A DNA stretch of 64,000 nt from an uncultured virus (IMG/VR IMGVR_UViG_3300032030_000052) (IMGVR_UViG_3300032030_000052); one strand, 5' to 3'. Shown: positions 27,688 through 37,488, counted from the stretch's first letter. Numbers and translations: made by a program. The notes: generated by a model not told the origin, from the letters alone.

Positions 27688-28776
27688 TCAGGTTTTATGT
27701 TCAGATACGTCCTTGATATCCTTTAGAACCTCTTCAAGCTTCTTTTCGATGGTGTTGAGTTTAGTCTGGGTCTTACTGCGTCTGTTGAGGAATTCTCGAA
27801 TGACTGCTTCCTTACCCAACTCATCTTCAAGGAAATCACATTTTTGCCTCAGCTCAGCAGAGGAGCCAACCCAAGACCAAATGCAGTCAAGCATGAAGCT
27901 AATCGTTGGATCTCCATTGATTGCATTATCATCAACGGTGAACTTTGTTTTGTACTTATCAAAGATACACTTAATTCTCCCCTCCAAAATCTCAACCCTG
28001 GTTCTACTTCTAGCATAATCTCTGATGATCTTAGTGATGGTGTTACAAATGTTCGACGGATTATATGTGATGGTTTCGTCACTAAGACGTGTTCGATCTG
28101 TATACTCCTTGTAAACGAACTTCAAGAGATCCTTTTCGTAATCGTCAACCATCTGCTTTCCAACGGCTGCTCGGTGTTTTCGTTCGAGGTCGACAACCGA
28201 GAATAAGTATTCAACACAAGCCTTGTCGCCAAAATACGGAGAAGGAGGTGTAATGTCAAACTTAGTGCAGTAATCACGAATGAGTTCGTTGATATCTGAT
28301 TTGTGATCAACGTCTTCATATAACCATCCATATCTTCCCATATTCAGACTATCTTTAAGCTTCTGATTCTCTTCTTTCAACTTCTCAATTTCTGACTCTT
28401 TCTCATAAACAGCATGCTTGATGCTATCAGCAATGAGCGTATGTGAATCCACCTCAGGTTCTTCACCAGTCACTCGTTTATGCAGCTTCTTAAGACTGTT
28501 GAGTGCACCCTCATCCATCAATCGCTCTGTTAGTGGCGGAATCTTTTCTGTCTTAGCGTACTTTGCTTCCATGCCGGGATAGTAGAAGATGCCGTGTTCC
28601 GTCCGTAACCATGCGATAAGATCGTCAGCGCTAAATAGATAAACAGCACCAGTCTTCCTAACCTCAATGAATGAAGTATCATGTTTGTCATTAACGAAAT
28701 ACTTGTTCAGTGCGCCGATTACAGTTTCAAAAGACAAATCGTTCAGATTAAACCCATCTTTGTAAGTAATAGCCAT
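27688..28776 (-). CDS. hypothetical coiled-coil protein
   Basis: 362 aa ORF with RBS. Confidence 0.7.
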   Translation of the reverse strand: MAITYKDGFNLNDLSFETVIGALNKYFVNDKHDTSFIEVRKTGAVYLFSADDLIAWLRTEHGIFYYPGMEAKYAKTEKIPPLTERLMDEGALNSLKKLHKRVTGEEPEVDSHTLIADSIKHAVYEKESEIEKLKEENQKLKDSLNMGRYGWLYEDVDHKSDINELIRDYCTKFDITPPSPYFGDKACVEYLFSVVDLERKHRAAVGKQMVDDYEKDLLKFVYKEYTDRTRLSDETITYNPSNICNTITKIIRDYARSRTRVEILEGRIKCIFDKYKTKFTVDDNAINGDPTISFMLDCIWSWVGSSAELRQKCDFLEDELGKEAVIREFLNRRSKTQTKLNTIEKKLEEVLKDIKDVSEHKT

Positions 28777-28797
28777 GGTTATTCGCTCCTTTCATAG

Positions 28798-28910
28798 AAA
28801 AAAAAACATAAAGACCCTGATCCGCTTGTCCGCAGACCAGAGTCTATTCGAAATAAAGTCAAATCAAATCAGTGTCGTCCGTATTTGGGAGAACACGGGT
28901 TGATTTAACC
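28798..28910 (-). ncRNA. candidate small RNA with C-rich loop
   Basis: Promoter motif 28911-28935, hairpin CCGTGTT-CTCCCA-AATACGG, terminator 28813-28844 plus T-run, no ORF. Confidence 0.5.
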
Positions 28911-28969
28911 CATTATATAAGATGTAAATGTTGCGAAGCTCAGGTTTCATCGCTTTTGATTGATTAGTC

Positions 28970-29278
28970 CTACTCAACCGTCACAAACAGACAAGGCGCG
29001 CTATGGTTCTTCATATAATAAGCCCAAGCCTCAATATCGCGGTTAGTAACTTTGGCACCAACCTTCGCAATATTTCCTTCCATTGCCGCACAACATATAA
29101 GAATGTTCGCGACATAGGCTTTCTGCTGAGGAAGTTTTGATAGGAGTTCCTCGTATTCCTCGAACGTTCGGACCTTATCTTTTATGAGTCTCCCCATAAT
29201 ATCATATAGAAGCGTCATCTCAGACTTAGTAAACGTCGCTATCGCCTCACCGAGTGTAGTCTCATGGTAGTTAGACAT
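28970..29278 (-). CDS. hypothetical protein
   Basis: ORF with RBS. Confidence 0.6.
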   Translation of the reverse strand: MSNYHETTLGEAIATFTKSEMTLLYDIMGRLIKDKVRTFEEYEELLSKLPQQKAYVANILICCAAMEGNIAKVGAKVTNRDIEAWAYYMKNHSAPCLFVTVE

Positions 29279-29471
29279 TCAGCTTCCCTCCTTTCGTTTC
29301 CACATTCACCACAAGATCCATACCCATTGGTGTCTTAATAACTTCCTTAAGCCGCATGTTAGCCGGAAGCAGTACAACACCATCGCGGATCTGGTCAATC
29401 AGCTGTTGTCTTAACTGTTCGAGTTTTTCTTCCTGATTCATACTAATTGTTGATTCGAAAATATAAACCAT
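29271..29471 (-). CDS. hypothetical protein
   Basis: Start MVYIFE chosen by GAGGAG RBS. Confidence 0.55.
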   Translation of the reverse strand: MVYIFESTISMNQEEKLEQLRQQLIDQIRDGVVLLPANMRLKEVIKTPMGMDLVVNVETKGGKLNV

Positions 29472-29624
29472 CAAATCACTCCTCTCACTTCGCCACAACA
29501 GGATCTTTAGGTCCTCCAACCTTCGCCTGTTTATAGTTGATTTCATCTGTATCCTTAATCGTCATCTTTTATAAGTCGGTTCATCTGTTCCATTGCACTT
29601 TCTTCTCTCATCTTTTAACCATCC

Positions 29625-29933
29625 TTACCCATACAGAATATTTTTACGTCGTCTGTCAGCGGCCCAGAAATCCTCTTCTGTGACATATTGAACAGCGACT
29701 TTGTACCATTCTGTATCGTCTTTAACACCGCAGTCCACGATCTCATATGCAAGATATGCAAGATCCGTTTGACAGAGATGATACATACCCATGAATTTTG
29801 TCAGCACAGTATCATCGATATCATCATTTCCGTGTGCGACATTAACGATGAGTGACGTCTCTTGGTATAGATTGCCATACTGAGAGTTCTCGTTAAACGC
29901 CCATGCGACATAGTTCTCGATTATTGTTGTCAT
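29625..29933 (-). CDS. hypothetical protein
   Basis: Start MTTIIEN chosen by GAGGAG RBS. Confidence 0.6.
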   Translation of the reverse strand: MTTIIENYVAWAFNENSQYGNLYQETSLIVNVAHGNDDIDDTVLTKFMGMYHLCQTDLAYLAYEIVDCGVKDDTEWYKVAVQYVTEEDFWAADRRRKNILYG

Positions 29934-29937
29934 ACCA

Positions 29938-30333
29938 TCACTCCTCTTTGAGTTCAATCAAAGGCATATTGTCCCAGAAGTTATAAGTGTAAGCTCTCAG
30001 CCAGATCGATTTATTATCAGCCTGTCTTTTTAAGACCATGGAGTTATAATCAGTTATCTGCTGAATTATATCGCTACCTGGAATCTTATCGCTATCCAGA
30101 ATGAATTTGATGGTCTTGTACTGCTCCTCACGCTTAATTCTATCAGCTCGCTCTAGTGCTGGGATCTTAGCACCAACAAGGAAGCATAGACAGATAAAGG
30201 CAACAACAAAGTTAAGCGGCGCTATAACTGCAAGAATAACACCCGGAAGATCACTATCCCAACTCCAAGGTCCGTAATGCAGTATCAAAGCGCATATTAC
30301 AGCGACTGCTACAAATATAACAAGTAAAAGCAT
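29938..30333 (-). CDS. membrane protein (2 TM)
   Basis: Two hydrophobic segments. Confidence 0.65.
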   Translation of the reverse strand: MLLLVIFVAVAVICALILHYGPWSWDSDLPGVILAVIAPLNFVVAFICLCFLVGAKIPALERADRIKREEQYKTIKFILDSDKIPGSDIIQQITDYNSMVLKRQADNKSIWLRAYTYNFWDNMPLIELKEE

Positions 30334-30334
30334 A

Positions 30335-31180
30335 TCAACTCTCCTTCACATGACCCCAGTTTTCCGAGATAGCAAGCTCAATGTCGCGGATCTGGTTGCT
30401 TGCGAGACCGCCATTATTCTTCTTGATCCATTGGAGAACCTCTTCATATCCGAGCTCTCTCTTAACCGTAATAATTTCCGAATACGGCAAATCCTCTACC
30501 CACTTGCAGAGATCTCTCCACTCGTCCTGCTTATGGTTGTGCCGCCACTCATACATGGCTGCGAGGGTTTCGTAGTTGAGCTTCAGCGTACGTTTCTGGT
30601 TGTAGCTCGATGGTAAGAGCTGGATAAGTTGCCACCAGCAATATTTCTTTCTCGCCTCATCTGTTGCTTTGAGATATTCGTCTCTCCAGTAGTTAAGGAC
30701 ATGTATGGTGTTCTCAAGAATCTCGATTGACGAGTAGCCGAAATCATAATAATCATCAGCGACCTCAACTTCGAAGCATGATTCTTTATCATCAAGATGC
30801 TCATGGCTGAAGTCGTCGATAGTGAACTCCTTAGCCGTGATCCTATGCATTGTTGAGCAGGAATTCATCTCGATGTCATAAGGATTAGGACTGACAACCG
30901 TACGATAAGTGTCAAGTTCCTTCCACCAATACAACGGAGCCGTAATGTCCACGTATACATCGATATACCGACGATACTTAGCATGGACAGGACCACCCTT
31001 AGCAAGCGCCATCATAAGCTTATGGTCGTTCGGTCCGATAACGAATCCGGTTTCCGGCTGATACTTGCTTCCGGACAGCGCGTAATGCGAGTCTGACTTA
31101 TCCCAGCTGTCCTTGGGGTTTCTCATCCCTCTGATGGCGGCTTCCCATCCAGTCACTTTTGTATTTTCGATTTTAATCAT
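30335..31180 (-). CDS. ThyX-like phage protein
   Basis: AIRGMRNP..SW.KSDS, H.KYRR, APLYWWKE.DTY, SCSTMH, R.NHK..EW. Confidence 0.65.
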   Translation of the reverse strand: MIKIENTKVTGWEAAIRGMRNPKDSWDKSDSHYALSGSKYQPETGFVIGPNDHKLMMALAKGGPVHAKYRRYIDVYVDITAPLYWWKELDTYRTVVSPNPYDIEMNSCSTMHRITAKEFTIDDFSHEHLDDKESCFEVEVADDYYDFGYSSIEILENTIHVLNYWRDEYLKATDEARKKYCWWQLIQLLPSSYNQKRTLKLNYETLAAMYEWRHNHKQDEWRDLCKWVEDLPYSEIITVKRELGYEEVLQWIKKNNGGLASNQIRDIELAISENWGHVKES

Positions 31181-31182
31181 GG

Positions 31183-31569
31183 TTATTCCTCCTTAATCTT
31201 ATGAATATCACTGAGGGTAATCTCTTTATTAAACCCATCGAGTTTTTCTTTTGCTGAAGAAAGTGCTATCCGTGCTTCTTCATACTCTCTTCTCGCAGCT
31301 TGAAATCTCATGGATGCTTTAACATGCGCTTTATATGCCTCACAAAACTCCTGAAGTTCCTTGATTTTCGAAGTCTCATATCCAGGCATACTTTTGTAGG
31401 TTTTTACATATTCTGTCTGTTCGGGACACCCGCAACACGCAGACTTTTCCCAGCTCGCAAAGTGTGGACAGGCATTGCAAATATTCGGATTTCTAGTAAT
31501 CCATCCAAGGAACGCACAAAGATCGAGGTATTCTTTCTCAGTCATGACGATCGTTTTCTTTACTTCCAT
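31183..31569 (-). CDS. hypothetical Cys-rich protein
   Basis: ORF with RBS. Confidence 0.6.
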   Translation of the reverse strand: MEVKKTIVMTEKEYLDLCAFLGWITRNPNICNACPHFASWEKSACCGCPEQTEYVKTYKSMPGYETSKIKELQEFCEAYKAHVKASMRFQAARREYEEARIALSSAKEKLDGFNKEITLSDIHKIKEE

Positions 31570-31574
31570 TTAGA

Positions 31575-31811
31575 TCACTCCCTTTCAGGCATTTCCCTCA
31601 ACGTAACCTCTTTCACTGTCGGGAAGCCACAACATTGACAGAGAATATCCGGATCTTCATTAAAGCCACAGTTTCCGAATTTGTTCTCACCGTATTCGCA
31701 CTTCCACTCTGCGCCACATCTCTCGCAGCGGTAGAGTTTTCGTTTGTCGTGAATTCGATCCCAAGCTTCGACTTTCTTAGGATCAAGTTCTTTTAAAATT
31801 TCAATTGCCAT
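31575..31811 (-). CDS. zinc-ribbon protein
   Basis: CERC...CQCC. Confidence 0.6.
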   Translation of the reverse strand: MAIEILKELDPKKVEAWDRIHDKRKLYRCERCGAEWKCEYGENKFGNCGFNEDPDILCQCCGFPTVKEVTLREMPERE

Positions 31812-32115
31812 GGTCAGCCTCCTTCAAAATCTTCAACACTTTCTCAATCTGAGAAAGGTAGTCTTTCTTTTCCGCAAGTCTTTCAGAATAGGCTTCAACA
31901 CTACGCTTGTTTGCATCGACATTCAGCTCAATATAATCCTGAATTGTCCACTCTTCAGACCAGCACTCACGGTCTTTGTTCCGTTCGATAAACTCAGGGC
32001 TTTGTAGGTCTTTGATGGCTGCTTTTCCTTTTTCTATCTCATCAATGTGGTGACTAATTTTGATTGTTAAGTGTTGCTTCTCGGAATTCAGTAAATTGAT
32101 AACTTTATCCATCAC
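31801..32115 (-). CDS. hypothetical coiled-coil protein
   Basis: Coupled ORF. Confidence 0.6.
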   Translation of the reverse strand: MMDKVINLLNSEKQHLTIKISHHIDEIEKGKAAIKDLQSPEFIERNKDRECWSEEWTIQDYIELNVDANKRSVEAYSERLAEKKDYLSQIEKVLKILKEADHGN

Positions 32116-32305
32116 AGTTCCTCTTTTTAAGCCATTCTATGATACTATCTGAATGGCAACTCACGCATCCTTCTCTCGCTAACGGACACCCAACTCCACT
32201 ACAACTTTTATGCTCGGCGAAGCGTAAGGAGCAATAAAAAGTGACCTGATCGATGAACTGCGCAAGGTTTTCGTCACTTTGTCTTAAACCTTCACCATTA
32301 GTCAT
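32105..32305 (-). CDS. small Cys-rich hypothetical protein
   Basis: MTNGEGLRQSDENLAQF...IEWLK. Confidence 0.6.
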   Translation of the reverse strand: MTNGEGLRQSDENLAQFIDQVTFYCSLRFAEHKSCSGVGCPLAREGCVSCHSDSIIEWLKKRNCDG

Positions 32306-32783
32306 CGCTTTTCTCCTTTGTTATAATCTTATGAGTTGGTTTAGCACCGGAATAGTAACGCAATATGCCAATCCTGTTTCTGGCGACCATCAAATCGTTC
32401 GCAACCCCATTAACAGGGAGGCCCAGTTCCGCCATAATCTCGTCATGGAATTCCTCCAGTTTCTTGTACTTCGCTTTAGAATGTTCATATGATCTCTCGA
32501 TGGCGTCTATATTCTCTCTTGCTGCCGGAGGAACCTCGAGTAACGATTCAACAGCGAGACGATACTTATCAAATTTCTCCTTTAGCTCGCGAAGTTTCCT
32601 TTCTGCCTCGCACATCTTTACATTATAAGTATTAAGCGCAAGGTTTTTATCCATAACAGAATCCTTAATCAAAGCACAAAGAGCAGGCATCGGTAAAGTA
32701 TCAGGATCACAGTAATACGGATCGTGCGACATTACGATCTTCTTATAAAGCTCATTTACACATTTTCTATCATTATCAGTCAC
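32298..32783 (-). CDS. hypothetical coiled-coil protein
   Basis: GTG start with AAGGAGG RBS. Confidence 0.6.
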   Translation of the reverse strand: MTDNDRKCVNELYKKIVMSHDPYYCDPDTLPMPALCALIKDSVMDKNLALNTYNVKMCEAERKLRELKEKFDKYRLAVESLLEVPPAARENIDAIERSYEHSKAKYKKLEEFHDEIMAELGLPVNGVANDLMVARNRIGILRYYSGAKPTHKIITKEKSDD

Positions 32784-32785
32784 AG

Positions 32786-33289
32786 TTATTCCTCCTTATA
32801 CTTAGCATTAGCGAACATGCACACCGTATGCAAGAGATGATCGAATATACTGCAATAACAAGTGTTTACATGATTGTAGAAGCTCTCGTTATTCGATCCG
32901 TCAGACCGCTTTGCATAGCTAATATCAAATGCGTGCCGCTCGTGGAACGTCGTAGGCTTACCCGCACCATTGCAGAATAGAGACACGCAAACATGCACAT
33001 TGAGGATGTTCTGATAGACAAATTCCGATGGTGTTAACTCTAAGACGTAACGAACCAGATATCCGTTGACGCTTCTTGGTAAGAGCTCATCAGCGATCTT
33101 GAGTCCGTTACGCTTCAGGTCAGCAACAACATCGAAGTTATCCATCAGATATTTAGACTCGCGAAGCTGGGTATACTCGGTCTTAGTAAACGGAACATCA
33201 TAGATGAGCACACATTCCGGATTCACGACACCAGTTTCTGCCCTTTGCTTATCGATCACTTTCTGTAACACCTCATCAAAGTTCATCAC
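32786..33289 (-). CDS. hypothetical protein
   Basis: Coupled ORF. Confidence 0.6.
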   Translation of the reverse strand: MMNFDEVLQKVIDKQRAETGVVNPECVLIYDVPFTKTEYTQLRESKYLMDNFDVVADLKRNGLKIADELLPRSVNGYLVRYVLELTPSEFVYQNILNVHVCVSLFCNGAGKPTTFHERHAFDISYAKRSDGSNNESFYNHVNTCYCSIFDHLLHTVCMFANAKYKEE

Positions 33290-33573
33290 TTATATTTCTC
33301 CTCCGCAAGTCTCATGTATTCTTTGAGCTCTTCAGTAGTCGCTTCACCGCTGCTCATACGTTCGTGAAGCTCATTGAAACGCTTATCTGCCTCCGTAACG
33401 GTCTTGTTCTCACCATCGAGATACTCCTTGCAAGCCTCTGTATTAAGCAAGCCCAAAGAACTGAGAACCGACACTACACCGAATGTATCCATGTTGATAC
33501 CATTTTCAGTGATGTAGGCGTTTATCTTTTCAGCCAGTTTGAGTCGTTTTGAGAATATCAGAAAGTCTTTCAT
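33286..33573 (-). CDS. hypothetical protein
   Basis: ORF; start uncertain. Confidence 0.55.
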   Translation of the reverse strand: MKDFLIFSKRLKLAEKINAYITENGINMDTFGVVSVLSSLGLLNTEACKEYLDGENKTVTEADKRFNELHERMSSGEATTEELKEYMRLAEEKYK

Positions 33574-33814
33574 CTTCATTACCATCCTTCTTATCAATCT
33601 TGTCCGACCAGACAAGTAATCCACAGCATCGGCAATTCATGCCAGCTTGAAACGTCTTTTCTCCGAGTTTCTTAGTCCTCAGTACATCAACCTCATGGAC
33701 ATGCAAATCCGAACCCTCAAGCCAGTATTCAGACCATTCTTCACCGCAGAGAGGGCATTTGAATTCCCAGATCGGATTGTTTCCTTTCTGCTTCATCTCG
33801 TAAACTGCCATCAC
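33530..33814 (-). CDS. zinc-ribbon protein
   Basis: CPLC...CRCC. Confidence 0.6.
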   Translation of the reverse strand: MMAVYEMKQKGNNPIWEFKCPLCGEEWSEYWLEGSDLHVHEVDVLRTKKLGEKTFQAGMNCRCCGLLVWSDKIDKKDGNEDERLSDILKTTQTG

Positions 33815-34305
33815 TCATCCTCCTTATCAATCCATTCCTGAACATCGACGGTTCTCAAGATCTCGAGTCCGCATTTGGGACTGAGGAACACGACCTTCTT
33901 GATTCCGGCGTTGATGATGACACGCTTGCACATCATACAGCAATCCGGATCCTCTACGAATTTCTCTTCACCAAATGCGCCATCCACCTCAGATACGTCA
34001 ATACCAGCCAGATACAAAGTGGCACCATTGGTCTTCTCGTATCCGGCAGCGATGATAGCGTTCTGCTCGGCATGTACAGAGCGGCATAACTCGTACCGCT
34101 CGCCATGCGGAATATTTTCTGAAGCTCTCCTGCAAGTCCTGATATCGCAGCAATTAGCTCTGCCACGAGGAGCACCATTGTATCCGGTCGAGACAATAAC
34201 GTCATCCTTTACGATAACGGCACCATACTTTCTCCTCAAGCATGTTGAGCGTTCTGCCACTGCGACTGCAATATTGCAATAATAACTGTCTTTACTTGTT
34301 CTCAT
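33811..34305 (-). CDS. dCMP deaminase
   Basis: RSTC.RR..GA.IV, TGYNG, HAEQNA, PDCCMMC; RBS GAAAGGAG. Confidence 0.92.
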   Translation of the reverse strand: MRTSKDSYYCNIAVAVAERSTCLRRKYGAVIVKDDVIVSTGYNGAPRGRANCCDIRTCRRASENIPHGERYELCRSVHAEQNAIIAAGYEKTNGATLYLAGIDVSEVDGAFGEEKFVEDPDCCMMCKRVIINAGIKKVVFLSPKCGLEILRTVDVQEWIDKEDE

Positions 34306-34345
34306 TAGCCTTTTCTCCTTTCGTGTATAGGTCTCATTTAGAACT

Positions 34346-34660
34346 TCACATTTGCCGCCACTTTGTTCTTGGATTTGGCTTATCACGATAGTCCAACAAC
34401 AAAAGGGCATCTCTAATTACCCAGTCTTTAAAATAATCAAGATCTGCTCCGGTACTATGGTCGAAGTTTTTGAACTCCTCAAAATACTTAGCTTCACGGC
34501 TCTCCTCAGGATAATCTCTTTGTAATGTCTCAAGCTCTAACGCCCGTTCTGACCATGTTGTGTCATCAATCATACTGTCATTGAGTTCATAATACATATA
34601 GCTATGAACCAGTATCTGCCGCCTACGCCGTTGGATCTTTTTGACTATAGCTTCATTCAT
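34346..34660 (-). CDS. stand-alone LigA N-terminal (Ia)-like domain protein
   Basis: QILVHSYMYYELNDSMIDD.TW...EL..L..YP. Confidence 0.6.
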   Translation of the reverse strand: MNEAIVKKIQRRRRQILVHSYMYYELNDSMIDDTTWSERALELETLQRDYPEESREAKYFEEFKNFDHSTGADLDYFKDWVIRDALLLLDYRDKPNPRTKWRQM

Positions 34661-35265
34661 TCTACCCCTCCGATCCACATCCGACAACCTGTAACGCCGT
34701 CATTCTGCCATGGACAAGTCGAGTAATCAGCGAAATAGAAGTCGACGATTCCTGGATCAGCATTGCAGTCGTCAACTGAATACCATCCGTTAAGCCTCGG
34801 ATAGTTGTTGAATTCGATATATACGGTGGTTTTACCATTAAGATCATATCCGTACTGCCCATATATCCATCGGGATGCCACGCTCCCCTTATACCACTCG
34901 TCTTTCTCATAGCATGACACCAGCATTCGTCCTGAACCACCATAACAGGGCACTCCATCGCCTTTGTAGTAAGTAGCGGTATATGAGCCGAGATAAGTCA
35001 TGTCGTCTTTGAAATCGGTTACTGCCTCAGTTGTGGTGGACTCGGTAACGCTTGTAACGATCGTACTGCAAGTGGTCGTAACGGTCGTAGTCGTGATCTC
35101 CATGGTCGTCCTGCCCTCTTCTTCAGAAGTCGTTTCAATGATTGTCTCCGCAACTTCCTCAATCAGGGCTTTTTCCGTTTTTACTGATTTGGATCCGAAT
35201 CCATAACCGATTAACGCTGCCATGGCGATAATGAAATAGAGGCAGCCTGCTTCAAGCTTGTTCAT
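34657..35265 (-). CDS. membrane-anchored 3D-domain-like protein
   Basis: TM helix, Thr-rich linker, YLGSYTATYY...VDD...VDFY. Confidence 0.6.
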   Translation of the reverse strand: MNKLEAGCLYFIIAMAALIGYGFGSKSVKTEKALIEEVAETIIETTSEEEGRTTMEITTTTVTTTCSTIVTSVTESTTTEAVTDFKDDMTYLGSYTATYYKGDGVPCYGGSGRMLVSCYEKDEWYKGSVASRWIYGQYGYDLNGKTTVYIEFNNYPRLNGWYSVDDCNADPGIVDFYFADYSTCPWQNDGVTGCRMWIGGVE

Positions 35266-35707
35266 CGTTATCCTCCCATCCGTATTTATAGATAGTACCG
35301 CCGAGGCAAGTCTCAGCAAGTGCTATTGCTTGGATCTTACCATCGTAAATGACTCGTTCTTTCGAACCATGTGACTTGAACGAGTCGATCATGAATCCCA
35401 ATCGAAGTCTCTTGCGCTCTTTAGACTGTAATACACCTTCATACGTCGTCCTGCTCGCCTCATTGAAAGTGATATGTGCCACAATATGAGGATTACCTTT
35501 ATCGCTTACATATTCCAGTTCTGCATAACCGATGATGTTAGTAGGGTCATACCATAAACTTTTGTTCGTAGTATTAGCAACTATAATCTTATTCGGACTT
35601 ACCTTCACCAATTCCTCGAGATAGTCTCCAGCAATTCTATACTTAGTCAACCCGATATGCTCACCATCAGCATAGAGAATACCGGATGCTTTGAATCGTT
35701 TTGCCAT
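35252..35707 (-). CDS. hypothetical protein resembling a degenerate prohead protease
   Basis: By-eye similarity to the N-terminal domain of 6700-8631. Confidence 0.55.
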   Translation of the reverse strand: MAKRFKASGILYADGEHIGLTKYRIAGDYLEELVKVSPNKIIVANTTNKSLWYDPTNIIGYAELEYVSDKGNPHIVAHITFNEASRTTYEGVLQSKERKRLRLGFMIDSFKSHGSKERVIYDGKIQAIALAETCLGGTIYKYGWEDNDEQA

Positions 35708-35708
35708 G

Positions 35709-35957
35709 TCATTCCTCCCTTTCTAACCGGGCTATTGCCTGACGCAGGGCGGAAACCTCTCCACGAAGTTCCCGCCGCGCCTTCTCGTACACTTCCATCT
35801 CCTTGCGAAGCCAATACACGTCCGAAAAGCTACCGAACGCATGGACATTGGCTATCTTATCGCGCATTCTGGAGATTTCTTCAGTCACTTTCGAGAGCCG
35901 TTCCTCACGATTCTCGAGTTCATTTCTAAGCAAGTTTGGAACAAAGCTCTCGTCCAT
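35709..35957 (-). CDS. small coiled-coil protein
   Basis: ORF with RBS. Confidence 0.6.
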   Translation of the reverse strand: MDESFVPNLLRNELENREERLSKVTEEISRMRDKIANVHAFGSFSDVYWLRKEMEVYEKARRELRGEVSALRQAIARLEREE

Positions 35958-35959
35958 GG

Positions 35960-36202
35960 TTATTCCTCCTGTTTTGGTTCAAACGATCTACCGGAATCGT
36001 TTAGATGTTCCTGATTGTTCATACTTCCAGCGCAAGCCATCAGAAACAGAAATAAAGCGAGGTTCTGTGGTGGTAAGAATTCGCTTTTCTTGCAGCCATC
36101 ACATACCGACCCGTCTTTTCTACAGATCGGTATGGTGGCTCCCATGTCATGCTCTTCTTCGTAATGGGGACACTCTTTGCGTTGCCACTCATCCATCAAC
36201 AT
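35960..36202 (-). CDS. small Cys-rich protein
   Basis: Coupled ORF. Confidence 0.55.
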   Translation of the reverse strand: MLMDEWQRKECPHYEEEHDMGATIPICRKDGSVCDGCKKSEFLPPQNLALFLFLMACAGSMNNQEHLNDSGRSFEPKQEE

Positions 36203-36810
36203 TGCCCTCCAAACTTACGATAGGCACGGAGATAGATCTCTTCTGCAAGTTCTTCAGGGCAGAACTCATTTACGTACTGCTGAAGCTCGATAAAACGTCC
36301 CTGCTCATATTCGATCCACCATTTATCTTCGCCCCACTCACGGAGCTTCCAGATATCTTCCACATACTGGTTGATAATGTCTTCGTCCGTACGCGGGTCT
36401 TCAGCAGCCTTATCCTCGGCAAAGCTCATGGTCCGATAGTCTTCGTAGCCCTGCTGTCCCTGCTCTCGCTCGATTACGCCAAGCATCCACTCGACGAATT
36501 TCTGAGCTTCAAGCTTTCTGGAACCGAGAAATGCATGGTAGATACCGCGGTTATTGACGACGAGCATGGTCTGAGAATGCCGAGCGCGGGATGTGACGTC
36601 AGTTGAACTTACGTCTGATGTGACCTTTGTTGAATATAGGTCAGATATAGATACCTTTTCAATGTAACGAAGCGGAATGCGATACCGTACAAGTGACGGA
36701 TTGCTGATACCGAGTGCATCGCATACATCCTTGAGTACGGCATACCATTCTCCATTCACATCTACGAAACGGATATCGTTGCCTCTCCATGAGTCATGTC
36801 TGATTTCCAT
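36196..36810 (-). CDS. BRO-N domain antirepressor-like protein
   Basis: IRFVDVNGEWYAVLKDVCDALGI...SRKLEAQKF..W. Confidence 0.85.
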   Translation of the reverse strand: MEIRHDSWRGNDIRFVDVNGEWYAVLKDVCDALGISNPSLVRYRIPLRYIEKVSISDLYSTKVTSDVSSTDVTSRARHSQTMLVVNNRGIYHAFLGSRKLEAQKFVEWMLGVIEREQGQQGYEDYRTMSFAEDKAAEDPRTDEDIINQYVEDIWKLREWGEDKWWIEYEQGRFIELQQYVNEFCPEELAEEIYLRAYRKFGGQC

Positions 36811-36819
36811 TAGTATTTA

Positions 36820-37185
36820 TCACACCTTTCTAGCGAATACGATTCTGTCCTCATAGACATCCTTCAGTTCATTGAAACCGAATGCGCCATCGAGTTCTTC
36901 CATGATTTTCTCACGGAACTCGTTAGGTACGTCCTTTACTCCGAGAACAACCATTGCAAGCTCTGGATCCTTCTTCATGAGTTTCTTGATTAAGCGGAAC
37001 ATGTGCGGATACAGCATTTCATCCATATCCTCTTCCTGAATGACCGCTCCGAAGATATAGTAATCAGTCATCTGTTCGGGGTTAACATTATATTTCGCAT
37101 TGTAATCAGCGCATGCGAAACCGAACAAAGGATAAAGAGCATCGTCTTCCGAGATCACGAATTTCTTATAAATGACTCCGTCCAT
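36820..37185 (-). CDS. hypothetical protein
   Basis: ORF with RBS. Confidence 0.6.
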   Translation of the reverse strand: MDGVIYKKFVISEDDALYPLFGFACADYNAKYNVNPEQMTDYYIFGAVIQEEDMDEMLYPHMFRLIKKLMKKDPELAMVVLGVKDVPNEFREKIMEELDGAFGFNELKDVYEDRIVFARKV

Positions 37186-37197
37186 GGTTATTCCTCC

Positions 37198-37488
37198 TCA
37201 CTCGTCCTTCTCGAATACCTGCATCTTTTTGATGTTGATATTATCCGCGCTCGGGCAGATTTCGGTCAGGTTGATGCTATCCGGTGTCTGACCCGCCTTT
37301 AAGATGAAAGTAGCCTCGATGGTCATGACGACTGTAGTTTCCTTCTTAGTCTTCTTGACCGGTGCTTTCTTGGTTGCAGGCTTCTTGGTTGTGGAGGACT
37401 TAGCAGTTGTTGCCTTCTTCTTTGCAGTTGCCTTGGTTTCGGTCTTGACTGCTGTTGTCTTTGTGGTTTCCTTTTTCGTAGTTGCCAT
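37198..37488 (-). CDS. Lys/Thr/Ala-rich, histone H1-like small protein
   Basis: KKATTAKSSTTKKPATKKAPVKK low-complexity N-terminus. Confidence 0.65.
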   Translation of the reverse strand: MATTKKETTKTTAVKTETKATAKKKATTAKSSTTKKPATKKAPVKKTKKETTVVMTIEATFILKAGQTPDSINLTEICPSADNINIKKMQVFEKDE

